Assembly (NCBI GenBank): GCA_964491115.1
Contig: CAZBEW010000004.1
Coordinates: 1 to 61,416 of the forward strand
Length of the DNA: 61,416 nucleotides
From: an uncultured Pseudomonadales bacterium
GTDB taxonomy: Bacteria; Patescibacteriota; Microgenomatia; UBA1400; PJMF01
Reading direction: 5' to 3'
The position numbers and the translations under genes were made by a program. Shown here piece by piece: positions 39,701 to 49,156 of the stretch (the first letter of the stretch is position 1; the number at the start of each line of letters is the position of its first letter). The notes below the pieces were generated by a model. That model saw nothing but the letters and a program-made list of their open reading frames with translations. It was not told where the DNA came from and did no database searches.

Positions 39701-40954
39701 TTAAAAATATTTTTTCAGAACTTGCGGAATCTCAATTGTAGCATCTTTTTTCTGATAATTCTCAATTATGGCCGCCAGTAAACGAGGTGAAGCAACAACT
39801 GTATTATTTAGTGTATAAACATATTTAATGCTGCCATCTTTAGCCTGGTAGCGAATGTTTAAGCGCCGAGACTGAAAATCATTAAAATAGCTAGCACTAT
39901 GAGTTTCTCGATAAGTATTCTGGCTGGGGAACCAGGTTTCAATATCATATTTTTTACGTTGTCCTGCTCCTAAATCACCAGTGCACATGGCCATCACTCG
40001 ATAGGGCAGACCCAATTGTTTTAATAATTCTTCAGCAAAACTCAACATTTGCTCATGCCAACGTCGCGTTTCTTCTTCGTCAGCAATGCTTAAAACAACT
40101 TGCTCAACCTTATTAAATTGATGGACTCGAATAATTCCTCTGGTATCTTTACCGTGAGCACCTATTTCTCGACGGTAACAAGGCGAAATTCCACAAAGCT
40201 TGATAGGTAAATCTTTTTCCCTTAACAGTTCATTTTGATGATAGGCGGTTAAAGCCACTTCTGCTGTGCCTGCTAAAATCTGTTTATCTTGAGTGTAATA
40301 ATGGTCGTCTTGTCCCCAGGGAAAATACCCGGTGCCCAGCATTGCTTCAGGTTTTACTAAAGTTGGCACAGACAAGAGGGTAAAGCCTTGCTCGCGCATT
40401 GAATCTAGAGCAAAATTTAGCAATGCTCTCTCAAGTAACAAAGCCTCATTTTTCAGAAAAAAAGCTCTAAAACCAGCAATTTTGACTGCGCGTTTAGTAT
40501 CTAGCCAATCTAATTTTTCCATTAAAGTTTGATGATCTAGAGCAGGAAAATCAAATTGAGGAATTTTTCCCTCTTCTCTGAGCACTTGATTAAAACTTTC
40601 GTCACTGCCAATCGGGGTGTCTGCTGTGGGAATGTTGGGAATAGCCAACATTAATTCTGTAAAGCGCGCCTCACTAGCACTCAGCTCGGGTTCAATTTTT
40701 TTTAATTCATCTTTAATTAATTTGCCTCGACTAACAAGTTCTTGACTCACTTGTTTGCCTTGAGCGAGCTCTTGTTTAATCAGACCAGCATTTTCGTTAC
40801 TTTGTTTTCGCCAATCATCTACTGCTAGTTGTAATTTTCGTCTTTCTTCATCAACTGTTAATAGCTGATCAACTATTGAGCTGTCCAGTTGTTTATTAAC
40901 ACAGGCTTCTTTAACTTCTTGTGCATGTTGACGAATAAAATTAATGTCAAGCAT
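39701..40954 (-). CDS. serS: Seryl-tRNA synthetase
   Basis: MLDINFIR, N-terminal coiled coil, GTAEV, YRREIG..G.DTRGIIRVHQF, YTLNNT. Confidence 0.96.
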   Translation of the reverse strand: MLDINFIRQHAQEVKEACVNKQLDSSIVDQLLTVDEERRKLQLAVDDWRKQSNENAGLIKQELAQGKQVSQELVSRGKLIKDELKKIEPELSASEARFTELMLAIPNIPTADTPIGSDESFNQVLREEGKIPQFDFPALDHQTLMEKLDWLDTKRAVKIAGFRAFFLKNEALLLERALLNFALDSMREQGFTLLSVPTLVKPEAMLGTGYFPWGQDDHYYTQDKQILAGTAEVALTAYHQNELLREKDLPIKLCGISPCYRREIGAHGKDTRGIIRVHQFNKVEQVVLSIADEEETRRWHEQMLSFAEELLKQLGLPYRVMAMCTGDLGAGQRKKYDIETWFPSQNTYRETHSASYFNDFQSRRLNIRYQAKDGSIKYVYTLNNTVVASPRLLAAIIENYQKKDATIEIPQVLKKYF

Positions 40955-40963
40955 AATTCCTTA

Positions 40964-42667
40964 TTAATTTTTTGTATGTAAGTCTTTTAGTTCTTTTATT
41001 CTATCCTGAAGTAATTGTTGATCAATGTTTAATAAAAACCAAGCCGCTCTTGGACCAGATTTTTTACCTAAAAAAGCCAGATAGATTGATTTAAAAGCAG
41101 GCCCGGTGCCAAGACCTTGCTTAGCCAAATCAAAAATAGCCTGTTGCAGTTCTTGGGCCTGCCAAGATTGACCAGCGATCATTTTACTTATTTCTTCTAA
41201 AAACATGATTTGTTCTGCACTCAATTCTTGAGCTTGCGGAGGCATGGTTTTTTTAGCTCGCCACTGATATTCTTCAGGAGCATACTTGCTGATCCATAAT
41301 TCAGCATAATGTAGTCGCTCAGTGATGACTTCTTTTTCTAAGGCAGTTAATTCAGCCCCCTTAACTTTACTGGCTTCCACAAATACATCTTTTTCCGGAT
41401 ATTGCATCCACTGAGCTAAATCACGAAAACGAGTTAAAAAATGAGCTTTGGGAACTATATTATCTGGCTGTGACAAAACAAAAGCACGCGCTAAACGCTG
41501 ATCTCCTTCTTCTTGCCCCCAATAAATTCGCGCAGCTCGATCATAATCGTCAAATAAATCAGGAATTGCCATGCTGGCTGGATCAAAATCTATCACCTGA
41601 TTGTGATCCTTGTTAACAAATAAAAAACGTCCAACACTTGGGGGAAAAAGAGCAGTAAATTCACGAGCTGAAGTGCCAACTCCTTTACTAGAACTCATTT
41701 TACTCCCTCGCAAGAGTATCCATTCATAAGGGATGTCAAAAGGCACTTGAGTTTTAAAAACTTCTCGACAAATGGCATTAGCCATATCTCTTGAGCCACC
41801 AGCACTAGTATGATCTTTGCCAGCACCCTCAATATTCACACCCAAAGTCCTCCAATGAGCTGGCCAATCAACTTTCCACAGCAACTTACCATTGCCTGAA
41901 AAAGGGCTAATTTTGCCCCGATGACCACAGCCCTCAGCCCATTTAACCCCGTGTTCTTGACAAACAAAACTCACTTCTGTGCCATCCCAATCAGTCACTA
42001 AAGTGGTGCCAATTTTGCCACAAACTGGGCAAACAACTTGAAACGGATACCAATTTTCTGGCAGATCATAATCAGCCACCTCTTTATAAATTTTCTTGAA
42101 TAAATCGACACGATCTAATGAAAAGCGAATTACTTCATCCATTTGACCACTCTCATACAAGTGATGACTCCACACTATTTCTTGACTACAACCTAGGGCG
42201 CGAAAAGTATGAATAAAATCAGTGGCATAAAATTCTGCAAAATTTTTGGCAGCCTCTAGCTCCATTTTTTCTTGCTCATTAATTTGCGAAAAATCAATTC
42301 CAGACTTATCCAAAGCTGGGGGAGGAATTAAATATAAGGGTTTGCCCATGTGTTGAAGATATTCCTCTTTATTCAAATAGAGAGGTAAACCGTCCATCGG
42401 ATCCATATCATTAAAGACATAAGTGCTGAGCACTTTTTGAGCGCGATTTTCTTGAGACTCCTTGTCTAAATGTTCTTGAATGATTTTAGCAATGACATCG
42501 TGTAACAACACCCCTCGCAAAGCACCCGTGTGCACTCTCCCAGAGGGAGTTTTCATATCATCAACATGCAGCTCTGTAATAGCTTGTTTTTTTTGCCAAA
42601 GTAAAATTTCTTCAACTAATGTGTCTAAACTATGAGCTGACTGCTCAACGGGCTTCTTTTTATTCAT
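40964..42667 (-). CDS. lysS: Class I lysyl-tRNA synthetase
   Basis: TPSGRVHTG, DMDPMDGLP, CPVCG and C..GCG zinc sites, GKLLWKVDWP, EGAGKDH, KMSSSKG, GPRAAWF. Confidence 0.95.
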   Translation of the reverse strand: MNKKKPVEQSAHSLDTLVEEILLWQKKQAITELHVDDMKTPSGRVHTGALRGVLLHDVIAKIIQEHLDKESQENRAQKVLSTYVFNDMDPMDGLPLYLNKEEYLQHMGKPLYLIPPPALDKSGIDFSQINEQEKMELEAAKNFAEFYATDFIHTFRALGCSQEIVWSHHLYESGQMDEVIRFSLDRVDLFKKIYKEVADYDLPENWYPFQVVCPVCGKIGTTLVTDWDGTEVSFVCQEHGVKWAEGCGHRGKISPFSGNGKLLWKVDWPAHWRTLGVNIEGAGKDHTSAGGSRDMANAICREVFKTQVPFDIPYEWILLRGSKMSSSKGVGTSAREFTALFPPSVGRFLFVNKDHNQVIDFDPASMAIPDLFDDYDRAARIYWGQEEGDQRLARAFVLSQPDNIVPKAHFLTRFRDLAQWMQYPEKDVFVEASKVKGAELTALEKEVITERLHYAELWISKYAPEEYQWRAKKTMPPQAQELSAEQIMFLEEISKMIAGQSWQAQELQQAIFDLAKQGLGTGPAFKSIYLAFLGKKSGPRAAWFLLNIDQQLLQDRIKELKDLHTKN

Positions 42668-42711
42668 AAATCCTTTATATTTTAGCTTGAATATCTGGCT
42701 TTATCTAGACT

Positions 42712-42733
42712 AAAAACCCCGCACTTGGCGGGG
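42712..42733 (-). terminator. Intrinsic terminator after greA
   Basis: CCCCGC-caagt-GCGGGG-TTTTT on the minus strand. Confidence 0.8.
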
Positions 42734-42754
42734 CTGACATGCTTAATTATTTTT

Positions 42755-43240
42755 TTAACTTACGCTGATAATTAAATATTCCATTTTCCCAGCCGGCGTT
42801 TCAACTACAACCCGATCGCCCTTTTGTTTATTTAAAAGGGATTTACCCACTGGAGATTCTATGGAAATTTTACCTTCTTCAAGGCTAGATGCATATTGAC
42901 CAACCAATGAATAAGTTAGTTCTTGATTAGTATTAATTAAATGGAGTTTTACTTTTGAACCCAAAGAAACTAAATGGCCAGATTGTTCCTTGACCACTTT
43001 AGCTCGATCAATAATATCTTCAATTTGATCTATCCGAGCATTAAGCATCGCTTGCTCATCTAGAGCTGAATGATAATCGGAGTTTTCGCTTAAATCACCC
43101 TGATCACGAGCATTAGCAATTCTAGCCACCGCTTTTGGCATCTTCACTTCTTTAAGATCTTTAAGCTCAGTTGTCAAATCAGCCAGACCATCTTCGGTTA
43201 AAATAATTTGATCGTTTTTATCTTTGATTTGTTTCGACAT
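42755..43240 (-). CDS. greA: Transcription elongation factor GreA
   Basis: ARDQGDLSENSDY, VSLGSKV, ISIESPVGKSL. Start set at ATG 43240. Confidence 0.95.
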   Translation of the reverse strand: MSKQIKDKNDQIILTEDGLADLTTELKDLKEVKMPKAVARIANARDQGDLSENSDYHSALDEQAMLNARIDQIEDIIDRAKVVKEQSGHLVSLGSKVKLHLINTNQELTYSLVGQYASSLEEGKISIESPVGKSLLNKQKGDRVVVETPAGKMEYLIISVS

Positions 43241-43305
43241 AACAGGCGATAAGTATAAAGATTTTTTTCTTCTTTGCAAGTCCCTAAACGTGTTTTGAAG
43301 TCGTT

Positions 43306-45204
43306 CTACTTGGCTAAAACTAAAACAGCTTGAAAAGCACCCTCGCTGTCTTCTACAGCAATTTTATCTGATAATTCCCAGTCAAGCTTAGTCAGCTCAC
43401 TGAATTCTTTTAGTAGCGCCTGATGAGTGGCTTCAGTTGCTTCGTTTAAATCACTGAACAATAAATAATTGCCCTCTTCATATTTGCCACGAGCATTTTT
43501 GGCTGCTACATCTGGAAAACCTGCTTCTTCTAAGGTCTTAGCTATCTCACCAGCGTAGCCTGCCTTAGTTGTCGCATTGACCACTAATAATTGATAATCT
43601 TCTTTATTAATGGTGACTTTTTCTGGTTCGGGCGTTGGCGTTACTTCTTCTATTGGGTTGCTAGTTTCATCACTAGGCTTGACATCTGCTGGCTGCTTAT
43701 TAGTTAATTGTAAAATCCCATAACCAAGGCCAATACCAATGGCAGCAGTTAAAACAAGGCTGAAAAAAGCGATGCCAATCATTTTGAGCACGCTTTTTCC
43801 TTCAGTAGTAGTATTCTTAATGACCGGTTTGCTGTCTGACATACTTGGCTCCTTATTAAATTTTTGTGCATCTTTTTTATTCAAAACAGATGGATCAATA
43901 GCTAAATTAGCAAACTGTGCCAAATCAATTTCACCAGTACTAGACTTGCTTGCTTCCTGCTTATTTTTGACATTTTTAGTCGACTCTTGCTGAGTTTCTT
44001 CTTTTATTTCTTGATTAAGCTCTTTTACCTCTAACTCAGGCTCTGGTTTTGTCTCCTGCTTCAGATCTTTTTGAGTCTTAACCTGATTAATTTCCTGCAA
44101 ATCAAGTTTTTTGGGAGAGGGTAGGGTTTCACTTTCTAGATCCTTTGGCAAAACTTCATCTACTGCTGGCTCCTGCTCGCTTAGGTCTTTTTCTACATCT
44201 TTTTCTTCACTGCTTTCAGACATTTGACTATCACTTTCTTGTGTAATTTGTGCAGTATTTTCTTCGCCAATTACCGCTGGTTTGCTAATTGCAGCAGCAC
44301 TTATTTCGTCTTCTGAATCAAGCTCTTCTAACTGTTTAGTATCTAATTCTTTATCATAGTTCTTATCAATTTCAAACTGTGGCAATAAATAATCAGGAAT
44401 AGAAAAAGTTTTTGCTCCCGCTTCAATAATTTTTTTGATATAAGAGGGTATCTTTTCTCCTTCTGGGGTTGGTTCAGCCAGTTGCTGAACAGGGAGAGTG
44501 TCACTCAAAGCTTCTTTAATTTTTTGATCAACCAAAGCGTCAGACAAAAGATACAACGTTTGGATGCTTGGCTCAACACCCTTGAGTGTTTTGACAGTGT
44601 CAGCAAAGTCATTAGCATGATCTATTGAGGTGTTAAAACATTGGTCAACACCAATGTAGTGTTGAGCTAAATATAATTCTCTGTTAATTTGCAAAATTGA
44701 AACCGAGGGCTCTAAACTTACCAGTGACTTAACGCTAAAGCTCAAAGGGGCAATCGCAGTTATTTTGAGATCTTTATTGTTTTTGAGAGCTTTCACCAGT
44801 GGTAAAACAATGCCTTTTTCTAAAGCAGTTAACTGCACCTTAAATGATCCAGCATAATTACTTAAGACAGTCGTGTGTAAATAAAAGTCTTCTTTATCAA
44901 TTTTTAAATCAACTAATAGGTGATCATTTAAGTAGTCTTTAACCTCTTCTTCAGTCTTTACCTTCACATTCACCATGGTGTTGGTAAAAAGGAAATCGGG
45001 TAAAATTAATTGATATGTCCCGGGTTCGAGTTTATCAACCAACTTCTTAATGTTTTTTTCAATCAAGCTATTTTCATCTAAAAATTGACCATTTAACTGG
45101 TGAAAATCGCTAATAACAAACTCATGGGCTTTTTTTGTAGGATTTAATTTAGCAATATAAGCTAAATCGCTAAGAATATAGAGAAGACGTGTTTCTGTGG
45201 GCAT
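43306..45204 (-). CDS. Membrane protein with long cytoplasmic domain, acidic linker and C-terminal LytR_C-like domain
   Basis: TM at IGIAFFSLVLTAAIGIGLGYGIL; C-terminal LLVVNATTKAGYAGEIAKTLEEAGF. Start set at ATG 45204, 6 nt after TATAAT. Confidence 0.65.
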   Translation of the reverse strand: MPTETRLLYILSDLAYIAKLNPTKKAHEFVISDFHQLNGQFLDENSLIEKNIKKLVDKLEPGTYQLILPDFLFTNTMVNVKVKTEEEVKDYLNDHLLVDLKIDKEDFYLHTTVLSNYAGSFKVQLTALEKGIVLPLVKALKNNKDLKITAIAPLSFSVKSLVSLEPSVSILQINRELYLAQHYIGVDQCFNTSIDHANDFADTVKTLKGVEPSIQTLYLLSDALVDQKIKEALSDTLPVQQLAEPTPEGEKIPSYIKKIIEAGAKTFSIPDYLLPQFEIDKNYDKELDTKQLEELDSEDEISAAAISKPAVIGEENTAQITQESDSQMSESSEEKDVEKDLSEQEPAVDEVLPKDLESETLPSPKKLDLQEINQVKTQKDLKQETKPEPELEVKELNQEIKEETQQESTKNVKNKQEASKSSTGEIDLAQFANLAIDPSVLNKKDAQKFNKEPSMSDSKPVIKNTTTEGKSVLKMIGIAFFSLVLTAAIGIGLGYGILQLTNKQPADVKPSDETSNPIEEVTPTPEPEKVTINKEDYQLLVVNATTKAGYAGEIAKTLEEAGFPDVAAKNARGKYEEGNYLLFSDLNEATEATHQALLKEFSELTKLDWELSDKIAVEDSEGAFQAVLVLAK

Positions 45205-45304
45205 ATCTAAATTATAGCGATAAAGCACCTAGAGTGCAAGAAAAAAATAAAAACGAAAACTTTTAAGAAATTTACGCGTTAAGGAAAACTCTCACCAGGC
45301 TTTA

Positions 45305-45970
45305 CTATTTTTGTTTACTGGCGAAAACAAAACAAATGTAGTCGTGCACTTGATTGGGGATTATCTCTATTTTAAACTTGTGTTTTTTTAAAACAGTTAA
45401 TAAATCTTGATACTGTTTTTTCATTTTCTTATTAAATTGATGAGCCTCCATGGCAATAAATTCAATCTTATCTAAATCCCTAGCACTCGCGTTCTTAAAA
45501 ATATCGTATTCACATCCTTCACAATCAATTTTTAAAAAATTACATTGCCCAATACCTTTTAAAATTTGAGCCAATGACTTGGCTTTTGCATCCTTTAAAA
45601 GCACATTTGTGACTTTATTTATTTTTAGATTTTTTTTCATCAATGACACTCTTTCATCATTACATTCGTAAGCAATGACTTTTTTTGCTTTCTGAGCTGC
45701 CAGTATTGAAAAATCGCCAATGGCTGCCCCAATATCAATCACCACATCTTGTTTATTAATCATTTTCTTAGTTCTATATTGATCGTCTACAATTACTTCT
45801 TTTAATGTCCATATATCCATGAAATTACTAACATAAAAACTATATTTATTTTTTATTTTAATGATAATTTCTTTTTTAATAGAAAGTAAAGGAAAGCTAT
45901 ACCAATTAAAATTGGTAAAAATTGTTAGAATTGAGGAAAGATAGTATTTTGCAGCCGTTTTATGCATCAT
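45305..45970 (-). CDS. FkbM family methyltransferase
   Basis: VIDIGAAIGDFS, AYEC, FLKIDCEGCEY; visibly AT-rich. Confidence 0.85.
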   Translation of the reverse strand: MMHKTAAKYYLSSILTIFTNFNWYSFPLLSIKKEIIIKIKNKYSFYVSNFMDIWTLKEVIVDDQYRTKKMINKQDVVIDIGAAIGDFSILAAQKAKKVIAYECNDERVSLMKKNLKINKVTNVLLKDAKAKSLAQILKGIGQCNFLKIDCEGCEYDIFKNASARDLDKIEFIAMEAHQFNKKMKKQYQDLLTVLKKHKFKIEIIPNQVHDYICFVFASKQK

Positions 45971-46080
45971 CAGCAATTATACTGTTTTTTAATAATCAGC
46001 CAACAAGAATCGAGTTATTTCGACCATCACCAGACTATTAGTGAAAAATTTAAGATGGGTGGATGGACCCTGTGTTTTTG

Positions 46081-46154
46081 TGAGTCCGCCGGGACTCGAA
46101 CCCGGGACGCACAGCTTAAAAGGCTGTCGCTCTAACCGACTGAGCTACGGACCC
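46081..46154 (-). tRNA. tRNA-Lys(TTT)
   Basis: GGGTCCG acceptor, ACAGC-CTTTTAA-GCTGT, GGTTCGAGTCC; CCA not encoded. Confidence 0.95.
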
Positions 46155-46199
46155 ATGTTTTTACTTAAAGAACAATTGTTTATTATATACTAAAAAAAA

Positions 46200-46766
46200 T
46201 TAATTAACCCTAGAAACATAATCACCAGTAGTAGTATCAATTGATAGTACATCGCCCTCCTTAATAAATAAGGGCGCTTGAACAAGTAAACCTGTTTCCA
46301 TTATAACCGGTTTTTTTCCAGCAGTTTGACGATCTCCAGTCACAGCATTGTCTGCCTTAGCCACTTTAAGTTTAACCTTTGGAGGCAGACTCACCCCCAG
46401 GGCTTTCTCTTCATAAAAAAGCACATAGACTTTAATATCGGCAGTTAACATTTCCACTTGGCCTTCAAGTAATTTAGCAGGAACAGGTATTTGTTCGTAG
46501 CTAACTGGATCCATAAAAATTACCTCATCATCAGCTTTATATAAAAATTGCATTTCTTTGCTCGATACATCTAGCTCTTCAACATTGTCGTGAGATTTAA
46601 AAGTAAACTCAACATTGGCTCCAGAACGCATATCACGCATTTTCACTCGAGAAAAAGCTGAACCCTTGCCAGGAGAGACAAATTTCACATAAGACACATA
46701 ATGAGGCGCATTCCGATAAAGAATATAGCTGCCTTTTTTGATGTTACCTGCTTTAATTATTGACAT
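46200..46766 (-). CDS. efp: Elongation factor P
   Basis: VSPGKGSAF (modifiable Lys), FMDPVSYEQ, METGLLVQAPLFI, IDTTTGDYVSR. Confidence 0.97.
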   Translation of the reverse strand: MSIIKAGNIKKGSYILYRNAPHYVSYVKFVSPGKGSAFSRVKMRDMRSGANVEFTFKSHDNVEELDVSSKEMQFLYKADDEVIFMDPVSYEQIPVPAKLLEGQVEMLTADIKVYVLFYEEKALGVSLPPKVKLKVAKADNAVTGDRQTAGKKPVIMETGLLVQAPLFIKEGDVLSIDTTTGDYVSRVN

Positions 46767-46785
46767 AAGTTAATATTCAAGGCTT

Positions 46786-46814
46786 ATTAAAACTTAATTT
46801 TTTTGCCTAGTCAA
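46786..46814 (-). promoter_or_regulatory. Sigma70-like promoter of efp
   Basis: TTGACT (46809-46814), 17-nt spacer, TTTAAT (46786-46791). Confidence 0.45.
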
Positions 46815-46834
46815 GTTAATTTATCAAACAGCCT

Positions 46835-47941
46835 TTAAGCAAACAGCTCGCTAGCCGGAAAAAATAAAACATCATTGATATCGCTCACTCCAGCAAAAAA
46901 CATAATAATTCTGTCAACACCCACCGCAATTCCTCCAGATTCTGGCATGCCTACTTCCAGGGCTTTAATAAAATCCTGATCTAATTCATAAGAAATTTTA
47001 TTTAATTCTTTTCTTAGTGATAACTCGGCTTTAATGCGCTGTTCTTGTTCTCGATGATCTGTTAATTCACTAAAAGCGTTGCCCAATTCTAAACCAGCCA
47101 AATAAATTTCAAAACGTTCGGCAAACTGAGGATTGCTTGTTTTTCTTTTAGCCAAAGCGGCTTGAGACAGGGGATAATCACAAATAATCACTGGATGATC
47201 TAATTGAGCTAATTGTGGCTCAATTTCATTTAAAAACAGTTGATAAAACAAATCATCCCAACTCGCATCGCTAGATAACTGATAATTTAGCTTCTTTGCG
47301 GCCTGATAAAGAGCGTCTCTATCAAGCAATTCCTGCTCTTGAATATTTAAATATTTAGCAAAAACTTCTGCCACAGTTAGGGTTTGATAAGGAAATTGTA
47401 AATTATAGTTTTTGCCTAAATATTCAACACTTTTATCTCCCAATCTGGCCAGCATGCTTTGTGCAAAATCGTCTGTTTTTGTGCTGTAATATTTTTTTAA
47501 TTCTTCATGAATAAGGAGCATTAGTTGAGCAACATCTAACATAATATCCTGATAGTCGGCTGAAGCGCGATACCATTCTAAGATGGTAAATTCGGGATTA
47601 TGATTCTGCCCAAAACTTTCTTGATTACGAAAACTTTTGCAAATCTGATAAATTTTATCTAGACCAGCCACTAATAGTTTTTTCATACTATATTCTGGGC
47701 TAGTGAGTAAATAAGCCGGCTGACCATGATCGTGTTCGTCTTTTAATTCCGTTCTGAAAACTTCTAAATAAGGCTCTGAACCAGGTGCTTTAACCAAGAG
47801 CGGCGTTTCAACTTCAAGAAACTGTTGCTGATCAAAAAATTTTCTGATAGCTTTAATGACTTGTTCACGCAGCAATAAGCGTTGAGCAAAAAAATCATCA
47901 TGACGCATTTTTTGCCAATTTTTTTCTATATTTTTTTTCAC
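46835..47941 (-). CDS. epmA: EF-P lysine aminoacylase (EpmA/GenX/PoxA)
   Basis: Class II LysRS catalytic core lacking the anticodon OB domain: LLTSPEYSMKKLL, HNPEFTILEWYR, ERFEIY..GLELGNAFSELTD, GIAVGVDR. Adjacent to efp. Confidence 0.9.
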   Translation of the reverse strand: MKKNIEKNWQKMRHDDFFAQRLLLREQVIKAIRKFFDQQQFLEVETPLLVKAPGSEPYLEVFRTELKDEHDHGQPAYLLTSPEYSMKKLLVAGLDKIYQICKSFRNQESFGQNHNPEFTILEWYRASADYQDIMLDVAQLMLLIHEELKKYYSTKTDDFAQSMLARLGDKSVEYLGKNYNLQFPYQTLTVAEVFAKYLNIQEQELLDRDALYQAAKKLNYQLSSDASWDDLFYQLFLNEIEPQLAQLDHPVIICDYPLSQAALAKRKTSNPQFAERFEIYLAGLELGNAFSELTDHREQEQRIKAELSLRKELNKISYELDQDFIKALEVGMPESGGIAVGVDRIIMFFAGVSDINDVLFFPASELFA

Positions 47942-47973
47942 AAGCGGATATTATAGTACCATTAGGCCAATTA

Positions 47974-48939
47974 TTAAAAGCCAAAGAGCTTTAAGATGAT
48001 ATATATTGCATAGAGAGCAATCATTAATATTGATTCTTTGCGCTCAAATTTGTTTTTACTCAATAAAAAGAGCACCGCTATAATCGTCGTAAAGAGCAAG
48101 TAGGGCACATCAAACAAGACCAATTGCCGATTAATTTCCCAACTAGTAATAGTGCCACTTACCCCCAATGCTAAAAAAACATTCAAGATATTGCTGCCAA
48201 TTAAATTGTTTAAAGACAGGGCAGTTGATCCCTTCCTCATGGCCGTAATTGACACCATTAGCTCTGGCAAACTACTGCCCAAACCAACCAAGAGAATACC
48301 AACCAGCACTTCATTAATGCCCAAGGTTTCAGCGATCAACACCCCATTGCTTAAAACCATTTGCGAGGCTTTAAATAAAATTAGCAAGCCTAAAATTAAT
48401 TGGAAGAAACTCAAATAATTAATTTTTTGAATTTTCTTTGTCTTTATTTTTTTATTATTTTTAAAAAGCAGGCTTTGTTTTTTTAAGTTTTGTCGATTTA
48501 AAAAGAGCAAATAAACAAGATAAAAAAGAATTAATAATATTCCGTCTTGTTGATTGATGATGCCATCCTGACCAAGGAAATAAAATATTGTGTTCGACAT
48601 GACCAACATTAACATGTCTAACAATAATTCGCTTTTTTGCAGTTTAATCACTTTTAACAAACCCACAATGCCTAAAATTAAGGCTAAATTGGCCATGCTT
48701 GAGCCAATGACATTACCTATCACTATTGGACTAGAATCGATGCCATTTAATTGGCGAATTGCCCCAGTGACCGCAATAATAATTTCTGGAAAACTTGTCC
48801 CAATTGCCACAATAGTTAAGCCAATAAAACCCTCTGACAAGGCCAGTGATTTGGCAATTTTGATGGCTGCACGCGTGACTATTTCTGCCCCCAGCCACAA
48901 CAAAAACAAAGCAATAAAAAATAGCACAAAATTAGACAT
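47974..48939 (-). CDS. Ca2+/Na+ antiporter (CaCA, YrbG-like)
   Basis: Alpha-1 repeat VAIGTSFPE..GNVIGSSMAN and alpha-2 repeat VGLGSSLPE..NLIGSNILN. Confidence 0.92.
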   Translation of the reverse strand: MSNFVLFFIALFLLWLGAEIVTRAAIKIAKSLALSEGFIGLTIVAIGTSFPEIIIAVTGAIRQLNGIDSSPIVIGNVIGSSMANLALILGIVGLLKVIKLQKSELLLDMLMLVMSNTIFYFLGQDGIINQQDGILLILFYLVYLLFLNRQNLKKQSLLFKNNKKIKTKKIQKINYLSFFQLILGLLILFKASQMVLSNGVLIAETLGINEVLVGILLVGLGSSLPELMVSITAMRKGSTALSLNNLIGSNILNVFLALGVSGTITSWEINRQLVLFDVPYLLFTTIIAVLFLLSKNKFERKESILMIALYAIYIILKLFGF

Positions 48940-48949
48940 TGCTTACATT

Positions 48950-48994
48950 AAAGCAGAAAACCCCATAAGTAATCAAGAGAGGGTGAGCGAGTAA
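48950..48994. repeat. att-like repeat copy A (distal)
   Basis: 31 bp identical to 58574-58604, 40/45 over the extended match; includes a decayed tRNA-Gly 3' end (tgagcgagt). Confidence 0.9.
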
Positions 48995-49156
48995 AGATAG
49001 GTTACTCGAACCCAAACCATTTTTTATGGATGTGTCCAAGCAGTTCTAAGCTACCTTTTTCCCTTGCTAAATCAAGCTAAAAATCTCTCATTTTCTGTAA
49101 TATTTATAGTATAAGTTGGCGTAAACTTGAAAAATTGGCTTTGTCTTGATTCATGC

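Noticed and set aside
45240-45304. Duplicated tRNA-Lys 3' end beyond FkbM (likewise tRNA-Asp end near 23230-23300)
   Set aside because: No matching repeat found by eye, so these slots are not called mobile elements.
46835-47941. Class II lysyl-tRNA synthetase call
   Set aside because: No anticodon-binding OB domain, adjacent to efp, and a class I LysRS is present; EpmA fits better.
49005-49013. CTCGAACCC as a T-loop remnant extending att copy A into a tRNA half
   Set aside because: Spacing from the acceptor remnant is 5 nt too long and the sequence does not match this tRNA's T arm.
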